The notes under the pieces: generated by a model
The model's input: the letters and a program-made list of their open reading frames with translations, nothing else
Database searches by the model: none
Told to the model about the DNA's origin: nothing
Source: an uncultured delta proteobacterium
GTDB lineage: Bacteria > Desulfobacterota > Desulfomonilia > Desulfomonilales > Desulfomonilaceae
Direction of reading: 5' to 3'
DNA: 64,000 nt
Assembly: GCA_963789265.1 (NCBI GenBank)
Contig: CAWBKB010000001.1
Span: forward strand, 640,001 to 704,000
Made by a program: the position numbers and the translations under genes
Part shown: positions 30,060 through 39,820 of the stretch, piece after piece
Layout of the letters: each line of letters opens with the position of its first letter
Position numbering within the stretch: the stretch's first letter is position 1

Positions 30060-31307
30060 TTATAACCACTTCATGGCAGTTAATGACAGGGCTTCATTGA
30101 CCCCGTCTTCTATCATCGAGGATCGCGCGTCTCTGAACATCTTTTCAATAGGATATTCTCGGGACAAACCACTGGCACCGAATATCTGTATCGCCTGACT
30201 GGCTGCCTCAAATGCGGTTTCCGTGGACAGGCACTTGCATGCAACGGCATGGGGGCCGGAGGGTCGGGAAACAGAGGCGTTATACACGGCCATCCGTCTG
30301 GCCGAGGCACGGGCCGCCTCGACCATGGTGAACATCTTGAAGAGTTTCAATTTGATGTTCTGGTGCTCGATAATGGCCACGCCGCCTTGAACGCGCTCCT
30401 TGGCATAATTCAGCGCCTCGTCAAGGGCTGCCCTTGCCACCCCCGCGAAGACGGCCGCCATACCGCCGTTGACCTCGGCAAGTGATCTCTCTTCCAAAAG
30501 CTCGTTCATCCCCAGCGCTTCTCTCATCGTGGGCGTCAGAACCATATTGTCGGCAGGAATCCGGACGTCATCGAAAAATATTTCACCTTGGTTCAGGGGG
30601 CGCTGCCCTATCTTGTCTAAAGGTTTTCCACGAGAGATGCCATCCAGATCCAAGGAAACAAGGGCGAGGCCCTGACCTTTCATCCCCATATCAGGGTCTA
30701 GACCGACGTGGAGCAAGGCGTGTGTGGCGATGGTGCCGTTGGAGACCCAAGCAGATTTTTGGCCGTTAATGACGTATTCATTATCTCTTAGCACAGCCTT
30801 AACCGAGGGCCCACATTTGGGGTCATCGCCACCCAAGGTCCAGTCGGTGCCGTGATCCGGTTCGGTTATGGCCCAGCAGCCGATAAGCCCGCCATCATTG
30901 TCCTCTACAAATTGGCTCACCATTTCGCGCAAAAATTTCTTTCCCGGGAAATAGGGGACCAAAGATGCGGCGGTATAAAAGGGCATGGCAGATACTCCCA
31001 AGGAGATGGCTAGCCCGGCGTCAGCGTATCCCAACTCCTCTGCGATGAGGTACTCTGTAATGGGGTCGACATCTTCCTTAATGCCGCCCATAGCCTTTGG
31101 GATACGTATCTTGTGCAGGCCCAGCTCGCGGGCTATTCTAAAGACGTCCCAAAGCACCGACCCCTGAGCGATCACGTCGGCAGGATCGTGAAGCTTATCT
31201 AACTCGACGCCGGCAGGACGCATCACTTCGGCGCCGAATTTGCGTACGGTATCTCGCATCGCAATTTGCTCTTTTGTCAGGTTGAAGTCTATTTCCCGGT
31301 AACTCAT
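30060..31307 (-). CDS. Acyl-CoA dehydrogenase family protein
   Basis: CWAITEPDHGTD, INGQKSAWVSNG, ERVQGG, AIQIFGASG and EKMFRDAR..IEDG. Confidence 0.93.
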   Translation of the reverse strand: MSYREIDFNLTKEQIAMRDTVRKFGAEVMRPAGVELDKLHDPADVIAQGSVLWDVFRIARELGLHKIRIPKAMGGIKEDVDPITEYLIAEELGYADAGLAISLGVSAMPFYTAASLVPYFPGKKFLREMVSQFVEDNDGGLIGCWAITEPDHGTDWTLGGDDPKCGPSVKAVLRDNEYVINGQKSAWVSNGTIATHALLHVGLDPDMGMKGQGLALVSLDLDGISRGKPLDKIGQRPLNQGEIFFDDVRIPADNMVLTPTMREALGMNELLEERSLAEVNGGMAAVFAGVARAALDEALNYAKERVQGGVAIIEHQNIKLKLFKMFTMVEAARASARRMAVYNASVSRPSGPHAVACKCLSTETAFEAASQAIQIFGASGLSREYPIEKMFRDARSSMIEDGVNEALSLTAMKWL

Positions 31308-31462
31308 CACATCTGCCTCTTTTGACAAGGAACTTGATTTCAATCAAAATAAAAATCATGCGGTTATCCACTAGCAGCTCAGGCAAGGCTTGGGCTATGC
31401 CTCGCGCCCACAGTGACAACCGCGACTTTGTCTTCGAACTTGCCCCTATGTATACCCGAGGA

Positions 31463-32272
31463 TCATTCCGTGCCGGAGAAGCGATCCCACCGCAGGAACG
31501 CGTGTCGCGCAAATTGAACGGGATCCACCTCAGCCACGACCTTACCAGGCAGCATGGTGTTGTCGCCTTTGGTGTAGATCGCTCCCAACATCTTGACTAC
31601 CTCGACTGTGGCCCAGGGGTCGTTATCCGAAGGGTTCATCACCACTTCAGCTTTACCGATCCTTATTTCCGCAGGCTTGAAGGTCACCGCCTCGCGCACC
31701 AGCCTCGGATTGTAGTCGAAGCCTAAGCCTTCAGGATTGGGGAAATGTTTAAAGTTGTATGAGTAACGTTCTTGCACCGCCTCGCCGGATGCGGTGCCTG
31801 CAAAAAATTCCGCCAGTCCGGCGTCATTAGGCTGCCCCGTCAACTCAGACTTGACCTGGAAATATCGCACACCATGGCGCTCTACCCAACCCTCGGCAAA
31901 ATCGCCCTGGTTGTCGAAGTGGATGTCGGCCATCTTCTTGGGGTAGCCGAACACCTCCCGGCCACCGGCCATGGCCATGTCATTAGTGACCGGCATGGCG
32001 AGGCAGTACGCGCCCTCGACGCCATCATGCTCGGCTAAAAGGAACAGCGCAGCCTCCTTGTAGGGCAGGCTGAAATTGGTCTTCGGGTAGTCAGCCACAA
32101 AAGCTGAGGCAATAGATTTTTCAGTCGGTTTCAACGGCATGGGCAGAAGGCTCTTGATAATCTCGGGCTTGGTCTCCCAGACAACCATCAGCATCTCGGC
32201 ACCGTAAAACTCGGGTCGCCTACCAGCCATGGCCATTACTTCCTCAGGCGTTTCTGATAAATTCCATTGCAT
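31463..32272 (-). CDS. Acetoacetate decarboxylase (ADC)-like family protein
   Basis: LLPMPLKP, YKEAAL and AGGREVFGYPKK (Schiff-base Lys motif). Confidence 0.85.
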   Translation of the reverse strand: MQWNLSETPEEVMAMAGRRPEFYGAEMLMVVWETKPEIIKSLLPMPLKPTEKSIASAFVADYPKTNFSLPYKEAALFLLAEHDGVEGAYCLAMPVTNDMAMAGGREVFGYPKKMADIHFDNQGDFAEGWVERHGVRYFQVKSELTGQPNDAGLAEFFAGTASGEAVQERYSYNFKHFPNPEGLGFDYNPRLVREAVTFKPAEIRIGKAEVVMNPSDNDPWATVEVVKMLGAIYTKGDNTMLPGKVVAEVDPVQFARHAFLRWDRFSGTE

Positions 32273-32548
32273 TCACCTCCTAATCTTGGTGTCCTGGATT
32301 ATGCGCTTAGCGCGGTATAGATTGTCGTACGAGTCGTAACACGGGTGCTTACAAATAACGGACAGGGTCCTCTTCGTCGAATGTAAACGCCACACCTCTG
32401 TAACCATGCGAGGCTCCATTCCTTTTCTGCGACGTTCGCCGCGTTCTCTACATCCGATCGAAATCAAGTTGTCCGCCCGACCGGAGGACGAATTGAGGTT
32501 GCTCTGTTTTCGTTCGATTTCCAGGCAGGACGGCGTTTATGGCACTGT

Positions 32549-32569
32549 TATACTTCGTCCAAGAGTATA
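32549..32569. promoter_or_regulatory. Candidate TetR operator in the divergent promoter region
   Basis: Palindrome TATACT-N9-AGTATA between the ADC-like gene and tetR. Confidence 0.35.
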
Positions 32570-32807
32570 CGCCGTTTAGACTGACACTATATACAGGCCA
32601 TGTCAAGCGAAAAGTCGAAACTCACGTTTTGAACCGGTCCGTTGCTTTTGCCCTCATGATTAGCTATGTTAAAAGATAATTTTCTGAAATACATGAGACA
32701 GGCAGTTTCATGCCGGGCCCTTGGCCTTGAAAGGGTGCAGTAACCATGACTGTTAGGTTCGTACATAATCATCCAGTGTTCAAAACGGTTCTCAGAGGAA
32801 ACGAGGA

Positions 32808-33422
32808 GTGGCATCCGGAATGAACAGGTGGGAAAGAAGAAAACAAGAAACGCGGAAGAAGATCGTCAACATTGCCATGGTTCTCTTCCGCAAACAAGGG
32901 TTTGGCGCCACTTCGATGGAGCAGATAGCGCTGGAAGTCGACATCGCCAAAGCCACCCTCTACAGTTATTTCAATGTAAAAGAGGCGATCGTAAGCGAGT
33001 ACATCGAGCAGAGCCTCAGAGAATCCGAGCCGGAGATCGACGGCCTTCTTCAGACCTTACCCGACACCAGGTCGAGGCTGGTTGCCGTGGCGGAAAAAGC
33101 GGCCGCGTGGATAGTGTTGCATAAGGATATTCTACAAATATATATCACTTACCGTCTCCAGAATCTCCAGGAAGAAATTAAGGACCGAAGCAAAAGGAGC
33201 GAACTGGAGAATGCCTTTGCGAAAATCATTAGAGCCGGCCAGGATTCGGGAGACCTCCGGACGGATATTAGGAGCGAAATTTTGGCAAAGTATCTTAACC
33301 TCATGCACGGGGCGGCGGTGATGAGCTGGTTGCTTGATCAGGTGAATAATCCCCTCTTAGACAGCCTTTCCAAGGCTTATGACCTATTCCTAACGGGTGC
33401 GTGCACTCGTGCGCCGCGGTGA
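32808..33422 (+). CDS. TetR/AcrR family transcriptional regulator
   Basis: LFRKQGFGATSMEQIALEVDIAKATLYSYFNVKEAI HTH. Confidence 0.93.
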   Translation: MASGMNRWERRKQETRKKIVNIAMVLFRKQGFGATSMEQIALEVDIAKATLYSYFNVKEAIVSEYIEQSLRESEPEIDGLLQTLPDTRSRLVAVAEKAAAWIVLHKDILQIYITYRLQNLQEEIKDRSKRSELENAFAKIIRAGQDSGDLRTDIRSEILAKYLNLMHGAAVMSWLLDQVNNPLLDSLSKAYDLFLTGACTRAPR

Positions 33423-33782
33423 GACTTACGGTTAGGAAAACGCGGTAGCAGCCACCCAAATGTCATCGTTTTCTTGCGGAACATCCACCCGCTGACAAAC
33501 AATCTATTCGGCAGAATTTTCCTCACTTTTTCTCGGTCCGGCAGTTCGATGGAAGGGCAGGGACTCCCCCGCATAGGCGTTAAAATGAGGCATGCCTTGC
33601 AACCTTATGAGCCTCAGAGGGGCGCCGAGATAGTAGCCCGGCAATTCATTGCCGGGTAAGCGACCAATTATATATTGGTTCCGCGTCCCATAGGGACGCT
33701 TGAAGGTTTGATTTTTAGGATCACATTCGGCCGTCCCTATGGGACGCATGGGTTCTCTTTTTGGCCTCTTTCCCGGCGCTGA

Positions 33783-35460
33783 AGAGAGTGTCTCAAAACG
33801 GTTGTAGTGGCACGATGACGACTCTCGGGGTGGTAGGGTGCGGTTAATCTCGCACCTTGGCCTCCCTTGTCTCCGACGAGCCGGGGCCGGCTATGAGTAT
33901 GCCTCAGGCAGCCATGAGTCACTCTCCGTCCTGATGTCTTAGGCCGCGGTTAGCACCAGACGCCCCGTCAGCCAATGGCTGTAGAGCTTCTTGAGATTCA
34001 AGGTGGCGCACATCAAAGACCATTGAGCCCTCGCATTGGATAATCCGGACACGGTCCACCGTCTAAAGTCCAAGTGGCTCTTTATCCATGCAAAGACCGG
34101 CTCAATGATCACCTTGCGGGCTCGGAGTAGCGTCTTGCTTTCCGGGACCTCCCGTTTCTTGCGGTGGCGCTCAACTGCGTCACGATAGATGTTAATGTCT
34201 ATGAGACGGCCATTCTTGCTCTTGCTGCACTTCCACCGTTCAGGACACGTCAAGTAGTCCCGGCATCGATACCGCCGGATCTCGTTTCCGTTTTTTCCTG
34301 TGACTTTCTTCTGAAGAAAGTTCAGCGATGCGCCTTGCGGACAAATACAGACGTCTCGCTCTTGGTCGTAGACGAACTGGGAAGCGTGATAAGGGTCCCA
34401 TTGAGCGCCTTTTTCCGCAGCGGACTCTCCCGACGACTTGGCGACCAAGACCTCGTACTCCTTCTCTTCGGCCAACACGATTTGAGCCGATGCGAAGTAT
34501 CCTGCGTCCGCCACGGTTTCCTCTGCGGTTGCGCCCAAATTTTCCTGAACTCGATCCAGCATGGGAACAAGCTGCCCATTGTCATTGCCTTCGTCGACCA
34601 CTTCCTCAGCCACAATCATGCCGCTTTGTTGGTCTGCCACCGCTTGAGCATTGTAAGAGGGCTCAGTAGACCGCCGGTTCTTCATGTACCGGGCATCCGG
34701 CTCGCAGGGATGGACGACCTTCTTGTCAGTCTTATCCAATTCCTGCAAGGCCTTCTGTATCCGCTCCTTGCGTTTCAACTCGTCCTGAAGGGCTTCGGGA
34801 AGACGCCATTCGCCGCCCTCCTCTTGCTCGCACCTCTCTGTCTCCGTCATGACGTCGGCAACGCACTTGTCCAAATTCTCAAGCATCCGCTCCAACTGAT
34901 CTTGGTTCTTGAACTTCTCCCGAGATGATCCGACAGGGATCTTGGTTCCATCCAATGCATGAACCGCCATACCTATCAACTCGGCTTTGACTGCCACTTG
35001 AACCGATTGTTTGAATATTCCCTTGAAAACCTTCTTGTTGTCCCTCCAGAATCGCCACAGGGTATTATGATCCGCTGCATTCATACCCGTCAGCCAAATC
35101 AATCCCATGTTCTCCATGCATGCCTTCTCAAGCTTGCGCGATGACCTGATTCTGCTGAAATAGCCGTAGAGCCATGCCTTCAACAAAAGATCGGTACTAT
35201 AGGGAGGACGGCCCGTTTCGCCATTCGGAACTCGAAAACCCAGCACCTCCAAATCCAAGGAATCCACAAAGTCTCCTATGAAGCGCGCTGGATGATCAGG
35301 CCCTATCCAGTCATCTATAGCGGGCGGAAGCAGAAACACCTGCTTGTAGTCGGCTCTGATTTGCGGCATAATCCTTTCCCTCTCCGATTCTCTTTTCACA
35401 TCTCATTAGTAGAATCGGTTGAGAATCGCGAGCCCAAAATCGACTTTTGAGACAGTTTCT
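33783..35460 (-). mobile_element. IS1182-family insertion sequence (1,678 bp)
   Basis: AGAGAGTGTCTCAAAA (33783-33798) and TTTTGAGACAGTTTCT (35445-35460) form a 14/16 inverted repeat around the transposase; the flanks CCCGGCGCT / AGCGCCGGG form a palindrome. Confidence 0.9.
33939..35369 (-). CDS. IS1182-family DDE transposase
   Basis: GRPPY..LLKAWLYGY..SSRKLE, DHNTLWRF, ALDGTKI, YNAQ, ADAGY, CPQG Cys-rich insert and IEPVFAWIK. Confidence 0.95.
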   Translation of the reverse strand: MPQIRADYKQVFLLPPAIDDWIGPDHPARFIGDFVDSLDLEVLGFRVPNGETGRPPYSTDLLLKAWLYGYFSRIRSSRKLEKACMENMGLIWLTGMNAADHNTLWRFWRDNKKVFKGIFKQSVQVAVKAELIGMAVHALDGTKIPVGSSREKFKNQDQLERMLENLDKCVADVMTETERCEQEEGGEWRLPEALQDELKRKERIQKALQELDKTDKKVVHPCEPDARYMKNRRSTEPSYNAQAVADQQSGMIVAEEVVDEGNDNGQLVPMLDRVQENLGATAEETVADAGYFASAQIVLAEEKEYEVLVAKSSGESAAEKGAQWDPYHASQFVYDQERDVCICPQGASLNFLQKKVTGKNGNEIRRYRCRDYLTCPERWKCSKSKNGRLIDINIYRDAVERHRKKREVPESKTLLRARKVIIEPVFAWIKSHLDFRRWTVSGLSNARAQWSLMCATLNLKKLYSHWLTGRLVLTAA

Positions 35461-35588
35461 CAAGCGCCGGGCTACTATCAAAATGTCCCTACGGGACAAA
35501 CGCCTGGGGACCAACGGATGAACGTTATTTTAACGCCTATGACGGATTCCCCCCTTAATTGACGTTCGCCCACGCGGCCTCGGGTTCC

Positions 35589-37958
35589 TCAAGAAGCACG
35601 CTGTTGCGATTTCTCCAAATGGTAAGGATCTTGTGGATGAGGTCTCTGATGACCTGTCTTCGAGGCATACAGCGTCCAGTATTGCTCGAAGGATTTTGAG
35701 AATGATTTTGATTCGGTGGATCGGCGTGCAGCTTTGCCCATGCTGGTCCTGTCCAAGCTGAAGATCATCAGGCGCATGGCTTGAACGAGAGCTTCTTCGT
35801 CATCCGCAGGTACCACCAGCCCGTGGGCGCCATGGACCACGCTCTCACGGGGACCACCGACATTACTGACTATGCAGGGCAGCCCGGAGGCCATAGCTTC
35901 GACGACCACACGGCCGAACGTGTCCGTCGTGCTCGGAAACACAAAAAAATCCGCGGACGCATAAGCCTCGGCAAGTTCTTCGCCGTGAAGTTCGCCAGTG
36001 AACACAACCGGATAGCCGGCGCAATCCTGTTGCATCCGTTGGGCATAGGAACCGTGGCCCACGACTAGAAGAGATAGCCCGCAGGGGCGAGCCCCATTTT
36101 TGGAGATTTTCAAGAGATCCGTCAGTCGTCTAAACGCGCGCGCCAAAATAGGCAAATTCTTTTCGACGGAAACTCGTCCCACATATAATGCTTTGAGATG
36201 ATCCAGGGGCGTACTCCATTTGCGAGACCAATAGTCCGAGCGCTTCGTCGGACAAAATCGATCGCTGTCAACTCCCCTGGGATAGGCTTTCACTCGTTCC
36301 GGTTTCAATCCGCGTTCTATCAGATCGCGTCTTGTGTGCTCCGATGGTGTGAAAACCATGTCGGCTGCATCGTAGAACCACAGACAGTACCTCCAGGCAA
36401 GCTCTTCGAGAAAATCGTCATCGGTGGCCTTGCCGACAAATTCCGGGACCTGTGTATGGTATACAGCTTGAAATGGGACCCCCAGCGTTTTGGCGATGAT
36501 CATGCCTGCCAATCCCACCGGTCCGGGGGTGGCGGCCTGAATGTGGGTGAACTGTTCTTTGTAGCAGTAATCCAACATCTTGAGGAGCGGCGGCCAACAA
36601 AGCTTCTGCTGCTCGAATCCCGGCGTGTCCATGACACCGAGCGGCTCAAACAGCTTCAGGCCGCGCCGATTGTTCTCGCCGACGCAAGATATTATCGTGT
36701 AATTCTTACCGGTTCGCATTGCTTCACCAAGCTGTTCGTCGAGCGTGCAGGATACTCCATCCACGGTCCCGAAAGTGTCGGTGAATTTAGCCACTTTTGT
36801 CTGGGGAGGGGCTGCAACCTTATATTGCTGAAGAATTTCAAGTCCCAGCGTACGCTGAGTTGCAAATTTCCCATACGATACGAAAGAAGGCGTAAGCAAT
36901 GCGTGCAAAGCCACGGGAAGGCCAAGAGTGGAGAAGAGCCCATAGAAGTTCCTTGAGGCAATATCTCCGAGGATCCTGTTTCCTAATTGCACAATGTGCT
37001 TATTCGTCGCAGCATCCAAAATTCGAAACCAATGTTCGCATGGCGGCAACTCTTCTTGGACAAGGGGCTCCATTTTCGCCAATTCACGACCAACGAATGC
37101 CAATGCTATTTCGCGGCCCCAGTTCATCGAACTCATGGCTTTGGTATTCTGCCAGAGTTTTCGGACGAACGATCGGCTGTGAATGGTTTCCGGCGGCAAC
37201 AAGTACCGATCCAAGACACTGAACGATCCTTTGGCCACTCCTGTTAGTTTGAGCCACTGCCATCCCACTGAGTAAATGTTCCACGCCAAGGTATGGGGTG
37301 TGGATGCCTCACCGCCTATCACCGCCTCACCTCGCCCGACCGCCTCAAAAAATTCCGTGAAAGAAGAGGCTCCGGGCACATCGGTCCAGATGCGCGCGAT
37401 TGTCAGAGAAGAATGATCGTCCGAGCCGCCCGTGAGTTTGTGGCCGGGCTGAACCTTCTCTAAAATGCTCCGAAGATACTGATTGGCTAAGATATCCTTT
37501 GCGCCGTTTATTTCCCAGGTGTCGAACAGCTCGAGCAGATAGGGGAAATGATCGGCTCTTAATCTCGAACCGGGGCTGAACAACGCATGTGCAAGAGAAT
37601 GTGCAATTCTATGCTTTCGGAGAAACGGGACCAACGTGGATATGTTTGATCTTATCCGCTGTATTCGCAGATGTTCATCCGGGGTAATATTGTAACATAC
37701 GACGTGCACCTTGCAGCCGTCGGATGGGAAATACGTAGTGTATTCACAACTGATAAAGACGTCGCTGTGATGGGATATGGCCAGGCAACCATCTATAGAG
37801 TTGTGATCGGTGATAGTCACCGCGTCCATTCCCCTGGCCTTGGCAATACGGTACAGATCTTCGGGTTCCGTATACGACTCTTGCGCTCCCAGTTGGCGCA
37901 AAATCCATTCACTGGGATGAGTGCTGTACTTGCTGTGAACGTGCAAATCTATACGCAT
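35589..37958 (-). CDS. PHP-domain / GT4 glycosyltransferase fusion
   Basis: DLHVHS, ITDHN and GGSDDHS (PHP); ATPGPVG, YHT, RGVD, YVGRVSVEKN and FPSTTDTFGRVVVEAMASGLP (GT4). Confidence 0.9.
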   Translation of the reverse strand: MRIDLHVHSKYSTHPSEWILRQLGAQESYTEPEDLYRIAKARGMDAVTITDHNSIDGCLAISHHSDVFISCEYTTYFPSDGCKVHVVCYNITPDEHLRIQRIRSNISTLVPFLRKHRIAHSLAHALFSPGSRLRADHFPYLLELFDTWEINGAKDILANQYLRSILEKVQPGHKLTGGSDDHSSLTIARIWTDVPGASSFTEFFEAVGRGEAVIGGEASTPHTLAWNIYSVGWQWLKLTGVAKGSFSVLDRYLLPPETIHSRSFVRKLWQNTKAMSSMNWGREIALAFVGRELAKMEPLVQEELPPCEHWFRILDAATNKHIVQLGNRILGDIASRNFYGLFSTLGLPVALHALLTPSFVSYGKFATQRTLGLEILQQYKVAAPPQTKVAKFTDTFGTVDGVSCTLDEQLGEAMRTGKNYTIISCVGENNRRGLKLFEPLGVMDTPGFEQQKLCWPPLLKMLDYCYKEQFTHIQAATPGPVGLAGMIIAKTLGVPFQAVYHTQVPEFVGKATDDDFLEELAWRYCLWFYDAADMVFTPSEHTRRDLIERGLKPERVKAYPRGVDSDRFCPTKRSDYWSRKWSTPLDHLKALYVGRVSVEKNLPILARAFRRLTDLLKISKNGARPCGLSLLVVGHGSYAQRMQQDCAGYPVVFTGELHGEELAEAYASADFFVFPSTTDTFGRVVVEAMASGLPCIVSNVGGPRESVVHGAHGLVVPADDEEALVQAMRLMIFSLDRTSMGKAARRSTESKSFSKSFEQYWTLYASKTGHQRPHPQDPYHLEKSQQRAS

Positions 37959-38505
37959 TACCGCCTCCCACAAAAAATCATTCTATGGAATCGTCCGGGG
38001 CAGCAGTAGACCTTTGCCGGTCCGAGTTCCGAGTGAAGTCTGCGCTGAAAGCCGAGGAAAACATCGTGGTCCGTACCGCGCCCTGATGTTTCCGGTAGAT
38101 ATTCAGGACATTTGTCATCGGAGAGGCCGGTTTATTGCCTGTCACAGCAGACCCCCTCCATCACGAATGCCACGCTCACGCGTAGCTGACTTCGCTTGCC
38201 ACGGCCAGCCTTCCGCACTGCCACTTCTTGGTCGGATACTCCTATAAGGGGGCTCTGTTAGGTGGCCGTTAATCGCGTATTAGTTTTCGGTTGACCTTCA
38301 AATAGAGCATGGCAGATCAATGCATTTTCAAACAATCAAATACCGAGACGCCTCGGGGGCGGCCGAAGGCCGCCGCTGACTGCGTGCAGCCACCAGACTC
38401 GGTGAAATCTTTGCGAAATTATAAAGTTTTTATTATATGTTGCGGGATTACGCTTTGCCAACGCAGCCTTATGCCGTGCCCCCCTCGGTGACTTGTTATA
38501 AGCTG

Positions 38506-39291
38506 TTACAAATACAAATCTCCCTTAGTATAGAGAACTGCATTCCCCGCAATTCGTACCCGGTCCTGCAAGTATTCACAGAATAACTCACCACCCCGCT
38601 TTGACACTTGAATAGCATGCAAATGATTCTTGTTCAGTCGGTCAGCCCAATACGGAATTAGCGTGCAATGAGCCGAGCCCGTTACGGGATCTTCGGGGAT
38701 ACCGGCATTTGGCGCAAAGAACCGTGACACAAAATCTGATTCTTCACCCCTTGCAGTAACTATGATCGCTAAAGCATCTTTGATTTGTTTCAACTTTTCA
38801 AAATCAGGATTCATTTCTTTTATTACAGATTCGTTCTCAAAAACTGCCAAAATATCTCTGGATTTCAAAACTGCCAAAGGTTCTGCTCCGAGCGCTTCAG
38901 AGAGAATAGGAGATTTACCGGTAGGCTCAGGCTTTCTGGCCGGGAAATCCATAGACAGTAATTCGTCCAATTTAGAAACAGTTAACCGTCCGCTGGCCGT
39001 TTCAAAATTAACAGAGCGCAACGTGCTCTCGACAAAAGAAAAAACTACAAATGCGCTTGCAAGCGTAGCATGACCGCAAAGATCTATCTCGACTGTTGGA
39101 GTGAACCACCTGAGATCGTACCAACCTTTGGATTTTGGAACAAGGAACGCGGTTTCGGACAAATTATTCTCTGCCGCGACGGCCTGTAGCACATTGTCAG
39201 GAAGCCATGATTCCATGATGCATACGGCAGCAGGATTACCGCCAAACAACTTGCTTGAAAAAGCATCTACTTGATAAAAAGGTATTTTCAT
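38506..39291 (-). CDS. PhzF-family isomerase/epimerase
   Basis: QVDAF..GGNPAAV, NLSETAF, EIDLCGHATLA and EDPVTGSAH. Confidence 0.92.
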   Translation of the reverse strand: MKIPFYQVDAFSSKLFGGNPAAVCIMESWLPDNVLQAVAAENNLSETAFLVPKSKGWYDLRWFTPTVEIDLCGHATLASAFVVFSFVESTLRSVNFETASGRLTVSKLDELLSMDFPARKPEPTGKSPILSEALGAEPLAVLKSRDILAVFENESVIKEMNPDFEKLKQIKDALAIIVTARGEESDFVSRFFAPNAGIPEDPVTGSAHCTLIPYWADRLNKNHLHAIQVSKRGGELFCEYLQDRVRIAGNAVLYTKGDLYL

Positions 39292-39488
39292 ATTGCATTT
39301 CCCTTGCTCGCGGCCTGTTCGCGGATCAAATGCGAGGCACTACACGGACATTTGCATTCGCCCGGAGAAAGCATTACGTGCCCCGCGGTATAGACCAAAA
39401 TTCCAGCGTACCCCGCTACACACCCGCGGTCAACCATAATCTTGGCAGCGATGTGACCATTCACTTATGCGGGGGATCTTCTGCACCT

Positions 39489-39621
39489 TGTCATTGCGAG
39501 GAGTGAAACGTGGGACAGGCTTCCAGCCTGTCTATTAGGGATGACGGGCAAGATGCCCGTCCCACCGGCAATCTAAGCGCCGTTTAAAGGAAAAGATTGC
39601 TTCGCTTTGCTCGCAATGACA
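39489..39621. repeat. Composite repeat: a GTGGGACAGGC/GCCCGTCCCAC doublet nested in a TGTCATTGCGAG repeat
   Basis: Inner element at 39510-39565; the same composite occurs at 58903-59038. Confidence 0.75.
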
Positions 39622-39661
39622 ATCTCTTCGCGCGCATAAGTGAATGGTTTCGCAGCGATGT

Positions 39662-39790
39662 ATGCATTCAGTTACAGGCGGAATTTGAGGGTGGCTTCGT
39701 GGGGTGGGCTTTCTAGCCCGCCATTGAAACGGGGTTTCCCCGGCAGGCAGTCCCGCGCCTCGCGGGACTGCTCCGCAAGACTCAATGGTT
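39662..39790. repeat. Second copy of the 22056-22184 repeat
   Basis: ATGCATTCAGTTACAG.CGGAATTT..GGTGGCTTCGTGGGGTGGGCTTTCTAGCCCGCCATTGAA.. is near-identical. Confidence 0.75.
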
Positions 39791-39820
39791 TCGCAGCCAA
39801 GTTTCGGTCCCGGAAAAACC

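Larger units (their letters stand above)
33572..35541. mobile_element. MITE-like shell enclosing a REP-like repeat that is interrupted by IS1182
   Basis: Perfect 15-bp inverted repeat CATAGGCGTTAAAAT (33572-33586) / ATTTTAACGCCTATG (35527-35541). Confidence 0.75.
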
